Assembly: GCA_002395385.1 (NCBI GenBank)
Contig: DGWW01000147.1
Coordinates: forward strand, 1,214-65,213
Reading direction: 5' to 3'
Length of the DNA stretch: 64,000 nucleotides
DNA from: Myxococcales bacterium UBA4248
GTDB taxonomy: Bacteria > Myxococcota_A > Bradymonadia > UBA4248
Shown in pieces: positions 61,232 to 64,000 of the stretch (the stretch's first letter is position 1; the number at the start of each line of letters is the position of its first letter). Below the pieces are notes generated by a model, which saw nothing but the letters and a program-made list of their open reading frames with translations, was not told where the DNA came from and did not search any database. A program made the position numbers and the translations under genes.

Positions 61232-62866
61232 TTAGACCTTTACGAACATGAGGGTGATGTCATCATTCTGAGGTGCAGAGCCGCAGAAGTTTACGAAATC
61301 ATTCCACAGGAAACTCATCGCTTCATTGACATCAGAATCGCCGCATTGCCCGATGATTCTGCGCAAACGTTTTTCGCCATATTCCACGCCATTTTCATTG
61401 GCATATTCCGTCAGACCGTCAGTAAAGAGGAAGAACATATCGCCTCTGGAAAGATTAATCTGAATCTTTTCATATCTGACAAATTCCTGATCGCCGAGAC
61501 GTTCCCCGCGGACGACCTGACTGCGTACTTCCCTGTTGTGGATGAGCAGCGGGAAATTGTGACCGGCATTGACGATTTCAGCAAAGCGTCCGTCAGGGCT
61601 AATGCGTATCGCTTGAAATGTCATAAAGAGGGTACGTTTTGCGGCCTGGTAAATCGATGCATTTAAGCTCGACATCAATTGTGTCAGTTCGATGGCGCCC
61701 CCCGAGATATTGAGCAATGTATCGAGTGCACTCTTGGCGCAGGCAGTGATCATGGCAGAGGGAACGCCATGTCCCGTCACATCACCGATGGTGAGCAGGA
61801 CCGAGCCGTCGGCGAGCTGATGATAACTCCAGAAGTCGCCCCCGCATTCGCTGGCCGGTTGGAAAAATCCTGTGAGCTGGACCGGGCCGCATTGCGCATA
61901 GCCCTGTGGCGGCATGAGCGTAGCCTGAATGTCACGGGCGATATCCACTTCCTTTTGGAGCATGGCTTTTTGCTCTGTTTCTGCCATCAATTCCTGGACG
62001 CGGTCAGCCATGACGTTGAACTGTTCACCGAGCTGCCCGATTTCGTCGCTCGATTTGATATCGGAACGAACCTGGAGGTCGCCCCCTGCAATCATATAGG
62101 TAACTTTTGATAGTTTCTTGATATTGCGCGTCACCAATACCGCCTGTATACCGGCGATGACAATTCCGACGATAACGGCGATTAATGCCAGCCAAATCGA
62201 ACGTTGAATGGCTTCTTCCTGTCTGACTTCCCCCTGGGCCCTCACCGAGTCTATCTCCTGCTTGAGCCCCTCGAGCGAGTAACCGACGATCAAAAAGCCC
62301 TGCAATTCGCCATTGCCTTCAATTTTCTGCATGTACTGCCGAATCATGAGGTCAGTTTCTTCACCGGACTTGGTGACGACTTTTTGCAAACCATCTGCGG
62401 TAACGGGCATGCGGCGATCGGCAATATTCTTTTTAAACCAGTTTTCATCGACAGATTCTATGGTCTGCTTTTCCTTACTGCGATCAAAGAATGGCTTATC
62501 CCCCAGTTCGAGCTGCGTATACTCACTATTGACCGTAGCCACCCATACTCTGGCATTGGCATCGATGATGGTCGCAAAGACAGCATAATAGCTGCTTTGC
62601 CCATTCTTATTTTCGACGACGGGATTCAGGAGGCTGGTCAGATCACTGATAGCATTGTCAAACATGAGGCTGGATGCCGGCAAGCTCGTATAATATGTCG
62701 TCTGAGCCCCCAAATGATCGAGCGCCTCATATTGGATTTGCGTAATTCTTCCTGTTTCGCGTTCGACAGACTGCTGTGTATCCGAAATCGTAAACCACGC
62801 ATATACGACGACGACAAGGATAACAATGAGAACCGCGCTGAACGTCCATTTAATACTAATACGCAT
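61232..62866 (-). CDS. membrane HAMP + SpoIIE/PP2C phosphatase
   Basis: Two TM segments, DEIGQL..FN.M HAMP, GGDFW, GDVTGHG, FTDGL, DDIT. Confidence 0.92.
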   Translation of the reverse strand: MRISIKWTFSAVLIVILVVVVYAWFTISDTQQSVERETGRITQIQYEALDHLGAQTTYYTSLPASSLMFDNAISDLTSLLNPVVENKNGQSSYYAVFATIIDANARVWVATVNSEYTQLELGDKPFFDRSKEKQTIESVDENWFKKNIADRRMPVTADGLQKVVTKSGEETDLMIRQYMQKIEGNGELQGFLIVGYSLEGLKQEIDSVRAQGEVRQEEAIQRSIWLALIAVIVGIVIAGIQAVLVTRNIKKLSKVTYMIAGGDLQVRSDIKSSDEIGQLGEQFNVMADRVQELMAETEQKAMLQKEVDIARDIQATLMPPQGYAQCGPVQLTGFFQPASECGGDFWSYHQLADGSVLLTIGDVTGHGVPSAMITACAKSALDTLLNISGGAIELTQLMSSLNASIYQAAKRTLFMTFQAIRISPDGRFAEIVNAGHNFPLLIHNREVRSQVVRGERLGDQEFVRYEKIQINLSRGDMFFLFTDGLTEYANENGVEYGEKRLRRIIGQCGDSDVNEAMSFLWNDFVNFCGSAPQNDDITLMFVKV

Positions 62867-63117
62867 AAACCACCCCTCCGTTAGACAGGCTATGGTGGGT
62901 AAATACTAACACGAGATGCAGTTGTTGCCTAATAAATTGGTTATTTTCCCGTAGAATGTCTATCTATAAAAACTTGAAGCCCAGATATTTCATGGTTATA
63001 TTAATGAATTATGCATACACAGGAAAGCGTTCTCAAAGCTCTCCCGTCGTATCGTCACATGGGATTTGCAATCTTATTGCATAGAATCCAAAGATTTTCC
63101 AACATGGAGGTAGTCAT

Positions 63118-63663
63118 ATGAAGCACTTACACCAAATCATGTCATTGTTGTTGGTTTTTCTTATTTCTGTTTATGCATACGGATGCGCCAATTCATCAAA
63201 AACTACCAGACATGCCGTTCCTCCAGTTGAGACGGCTCCCGCCTCTGCGGCTGCAGAAGCGAATGCAGCCAATGAACTTCGGGAAGTCGAGAATATCATG
63301 GCCCAACAGCAAAAGGAACGAGAGGCCAGACAAGAGAAAGCCAGTGAGCAGGAAGACACTGGGGTGACTTACATCCTGGATAAGGAAATCATACATGCAG
63401 CAGTTGCAGAAAACACAGAAGATCTAAGCAACTGCTATGCAAATGAACTGGAAAATACCAAAGGACTTAAGGGAACAATCACGGTCTCATGGAATGTCAT
63501 GGGGGATGGCAGGGTCTCGGACGCCAAAGTCACCGATACGACCATGAAGAATAAGAATGTCGAAAACTGCATCGTGGAATGTATCAGCAAATGGAGATTC
63601 CCGGCTACCGGAACAAAAGCATCTGTCGACTATCCATTTGAATTTGAATCATCCAAAAAATAG
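63118..63663 (+). CDS. lipoprotein with stand-alone AgmX/PglI (TonB-like) C-terminal domain
   Basis: GGAGG RBS, lipobox AYGC; LSNCY..EL....GLKG.I.V.W...MKNKNVENCIV..I..WRFPA....YPFEF, close to the GltG C-terminus. Confidence 0.82.
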   Translation: MKHLHQIMSLLLVFLISVYAYGCANSSKTTRHAVPPVETAPASAAAEANAANELREVENIMAQQQKEREARQEKASEQEDTGVTYILDKEIIHAAVAENTEDLSNCYANELENTKGLKGTITVSWNVMGDGRVSDAKVTDTTMKNKNVENCIVECISKWRFPATGTKASVDYPFEFESSKK

Positions 63664-63797
63664 GTTCTGTATAACGAGAGTGTGGATAAGCTCTGAGCTT
63701 AGAGCTTAGAGCTTAGAGTGATGAACCCCTTCTCCAAGCGCCAAGCCAGAATGGGGTTATTCGACAGTAAAAAACTCCACACTCGTTAAACCGGGCC
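63663..63797. mobile_element. MITE-like element, TIR family B
   Basis: ggttctgtataacgagagtgtgga ... tccacactcgttaaaccgggcc; internal (gagctta)n. Confidence 0.6.
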
Positions 63798-63801
63798 AAG
63801 C

Positions 63802-64000
63802 CTAAAGTTTAATCGCATATCCCACAGCAGACTCTGTCGTCTGCCCTTCACAATTGGGATCCGCAGAAATGAAGTGTGACCCTGTACTTGGGACATAGCA
63901 GCGGTAAACAGCGGATGTACCAGGTTTTTGTGATTTATAGAGATATCCCATGGGCCCCATATTAAACTGACCTTCACAGTTTACATCCGGGGATATCATG
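63802..64000 (-). CDS. C-terminus of a probable secreted protein with YRC...HF.S..P.CEG repeats (DUF5648-like), truncated by window edge
   Basis: S.DVNCEGQ....MGY and VYRCY...GSHFISADPNCEGQ....VGY repeat units. Confidence 0.55.
   Translation of the reverse strand, partial: MISPDVNCEGQFNMGPMGYLYKSQKPGTSAVYRCYVPSTGSHFISADPNCEGQTTESAVGYAIKL

Overview
Chromosomal window (roughly balanced GC) from a bacterium whose gene content suggests a Myxococcota/Bradymonadia-like lineage (inference). It carries Agl-Glt gliding homologues (GltG/PglI-, GltF/CglF- and GltC-like), three Hanks-type Ser/Thr kinases, Cys-rich lipoproteins and housekeeping genes (tcdA, psd, recD2, slyD, dnaX-ybaB, rpmH-rnpA-yidD-yidC-jag-sui1-engB, ssb, cdd, tRNA-Ser(TGA), tRNA-Val(CAC)). 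The most striking signal is non-coding: at least 13 intergenic loci carry mostly tandem hairpins whose stems differ in sequence and length but keep one core, [G]TAT...ATA with a single unpaired G (C on the other strand). This looks like a repeat family defined by structure rather than sequence. Other notable items: an orphan lasso-type RiPP precursor beside an ABC exporter with a Walker-B E>Q change; a DnaA-box cluster far from any dnaA gene; a GGCC-N16-GCC(C/A)ATAT motif shared upstream of a DNA methylase/helicase operon, recD2, ssb and a kinase; an Rpn gene with a tandem stand-alone copy of its C-terminal internal ORF; an A10 slippage site in dnaX; and several MITE families, two copies with 8-bp target-site duplications. 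No CRISPR array, integrase or intact transposase was seen. All calls are from reading the sequence; no database searches were run.
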